DNA of 64,000 nucleotides from a virus: IMG/VR virus record IMGVR_UViG_3300045988_158900; one strand, 5' to 3'. Shown piece by piece: positions 61,901 to 64,000 of this stretch (position 1 is its first letter; each line of letters starts with the position of its first letter). The notes under the pieces were generated by a model. It saw only the letters and a program-made list of their open reading frames with translations, ran no database searches and was not told where the DNA came from. The position numbers and the translations under genes were made by a program.

Positions 61901-64000
61901 TACTACTTTGCACAATCTAAATATATTGACGCATTTTAGCCATACGTTTATCTGTACCAGTCTCATCCCAAGGTATTGATGCAATTTCTTTCTCTAAGCT
62001 TTGCAGTATTCCTAAATCCTAAATATTTTTAGGTAAATTTTCACGAAATAAATTAAAATAAGCTTCAGCTTTTGCTGTAGCTATTTCAAAATCTTGAGTA
62101 GGAATTGGATCTTTTATATTAACAACATTAGCATAATTTTCACTTGTTAAATTAGTTAATTTATCTAACTATGCTGTGACTTCAGTTGTCATTTCATTAA
62201 ACAAATTTGCTACTGGAGTAGTACCATCAGCTTTTAACCAAGCAGATAAGATATTATTTACAAGATTATCATTTAAGGTATCTATTTTATTATAATACCC
62301 TTCTAAATCACTGTATAATTGTTCATATTTTCGACCTAATAATGCATCCTTGGCATTTCCAGGATTATTATGGTAACTAGCCTAATCCCAAACTTCTTCC
62401 ATCTAATTATTATATGCTTTTGAAATACCTTTTTTGTCTCCTATCATGGTATCTTGAGCATTATTTATAATCTTTGTATAAGCGTCAATTTCTTGACCTA
62501 ATTTGATAAGCTAATCTCCCTACTACTGGATACCCTATTTTTCTGTCTCCCAAAATGATTTCTCAGCTGCCGTCATTCTTTCTGAAGCTATAGCTATTTT
62601 ATCTTTCATTTCAGAAACACGTTTAGAATTTAATAAACTCTATTTAGATTCTTCATCTAAATTATCACCTTTTTTAGATAAATAATTAGAAGTCTATTCA
62701 TTTATTTGAGCATGAATTTTAGCATAAGCTTTATCAGCTCCACCAACCAATATTTGAATATTACTAATAACATTTCGTAAAGCAGGCTCAATTTTTGAAG
62801 CTAAACTCTATTCAACAATAGTTAATATTCCTATTAATACTGGGTTAAGGCCTCCTATTTTATCAATAAATGAATCAACACCATCAACAGTGTCGGCTAA
62901 AAAATCAGTTAATTTAATAAAAAATTTATCATCAATTAAATCTTGATATAATCCCTAAAATGAAGCCTTCAAACGCTTATTAGCGGCTTCCCAAGACTCT
63001 TCATAAATTTTCTATTGCTCAGTTAATGTTCCAGTAGCATTACGAGCAGTTTCGAGATTTTCTTTCATGAAATCCCATTTATCCATCAATGCAATTAATT
63101 GAGTATATTGGCGGACACCAGCAACAGTTTGAGCTAATGCCACTTTAGCATCTTTAGAAATTAATGGATTTCCTTCAGCATCAAATGAATTCCATTTTTC
63201 GCCTAAATCATCAAGGATATCATCCATCTCTCGCAATCCGCCATCTGCTGTTTTAATAGAAACACCAACAGTTTCAAGAGCTTGAGAATATTTTCCTAAT
63301 GTAGTACCATCTTCAAGAGTTTTTCCCAATTCTAAATCTTGAATACGAGCAAATAATGTTTTAAATGCAGTACCAACCACATCAGCAGATTGACGAGTTG
63401 TAGCTGTTACAGTTGCTAAAGCAGAAGTAGCATATTCATAACTTAAACCTACTGTGTTAGACACAGCTGCGAATTTTTCTAATCCAGCTGCAATTTCATC
63501 TGTGCTTGATGCAGTGGCTGCGCCTAAAGCAGTCATAACATCAGCGTAATATTCTAATGATTGTGACCCATCATAGAAATTATTCCAAACAGCAGTTAAT
63601 TGCTAAGAAATTTTATCAGCACTTTCACCAGCGGCATTAGCCATTTTAATTGTAACAGCAGTTCTATCTTCTACTTCTTTATCAGATAAACCCTGTTGAT
63701 AGTAAATTAAAGAAGCATCAGTATAATTTAATGTAGAAGTACTTAATGCTTTTGCCGCTTTATTTGCTTTATCAGCAAATTTATCCATATAGTCAATATT
63801 ATGACCAGTAACAATTCGAATATCATTTAATGATCTGTTTAAATCCTAAGCATAACCATAAGCCCCTTGTAATGCTCCCATTACACTATGAATCATACTT
63901 GAAGAAATCTACCATTTAACTGTATTTTTAACAGTAGTTAAAAAATCCTATAAACGAGCATTTAAACTAATTATTGGCTAATCAGCCGCAGCTATGGACT
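55971..64000 (-). CDS. Tail tape measure protein, 3' portion (>2670 codons in window, continues beyond 64000), numerous in-frame TAG
   Basis: All eleven minus-strand track ORFs from 56439 to 63603 share one frame (mod 3 = 0). Coiled-coil, Ala/Glu/Lys-rich content. TP901-type TMP core block (...ALGAATASSTDEIAAGLEKFAAVSNTVGLSYEYATSALATVTATTRQSADVVGTAFKTLFARIQDLELG...). Ends TAA 55971-55973. Confidence 0.6.

Noticed and set aside
1-64000. Search for tRNA genes (especially a CUA-anticodon suppressor), rRNA and CRISPR arrays
   Set aside because: No cloverleaf-compatible region with a T-loop GTTCRANYC consensus lies outside coding sequence. The intergenic spaces are short and occupied by hairpins and promoters. 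No repeat-spacer arrays are present. The suppressor tRNA expected for TAG decoding must lie outside this window.

Overview
This window is an AT-rich (~30% GC) contiguous piece of a large tailed-phage genome. It looks like a virulent, large siphovirus-type phage of a low-GC Gram-positive host, because the ribosome-binding sites are AGGAGG-like. No integrase, tRNA, rRNA or CRISPR array is present.

The plus strand (1-20.6 kb) carries an early replication and nucleotide-metabolism module: DnaB-like helicase, DnaG-like primase, RecJ-like DHH exonuclease, RecD/Dda-like helicase, a ~1318-aa DnaE-type Pol III alpha, a guanylate-kinase-like NMP kinase, anaerobic RNR NrdD plus its activase NrdG, dUTPase, a RuvC-like resolvase and two small membrane proteins.

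The minus strand (20.6-64 kb) is one long late operon read from high to low coordinates. It holds a >2670-aa tape measure protein that continues past the window end, then four very large structural proteins (about 955, 2422, 1050 and 1209 aa), a family of four tail-fibre proteins that includes a ~2647-aa giant, and smaller baseplate and tail proteins.

The central observation is that TAG is used as a sense codon throughout, while TAA and TGA terminate genes. The supplied standard-code ORF track therefore breaks almost every late gene into same-frame pieces. Merging those pieces across TAG gives coherent genes with good RBSs, ATGA/TAATG coupling and rho-independent terminators. In-frame TAGs sit inside conserved cores of DnaE, NrdD, NrdG, RecJ-like, RecD-like and the kinase. 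They are rare in early genes (0 in helicase and primase, 1 in DnaE) and frequent in late genes (about 1-2% of codons, including a tandem TAG-TAG).

Which amino acid TAG encodes cannot be settled from this window. One NrdG site aligns with an invariant Tyr/aromatic position, while the known phage precedent is Gln.

Two apparent frameshifts in fibre genes, modular domain sharing among the tail proteins, a repeated TTGAYT-N17-TATAAT promoter architecture and an operator-like repeat are also reported.

All coordinates were derived by hand from the printed sequence, and gene ends inside the 38.9-55.9 kb block are approximate.
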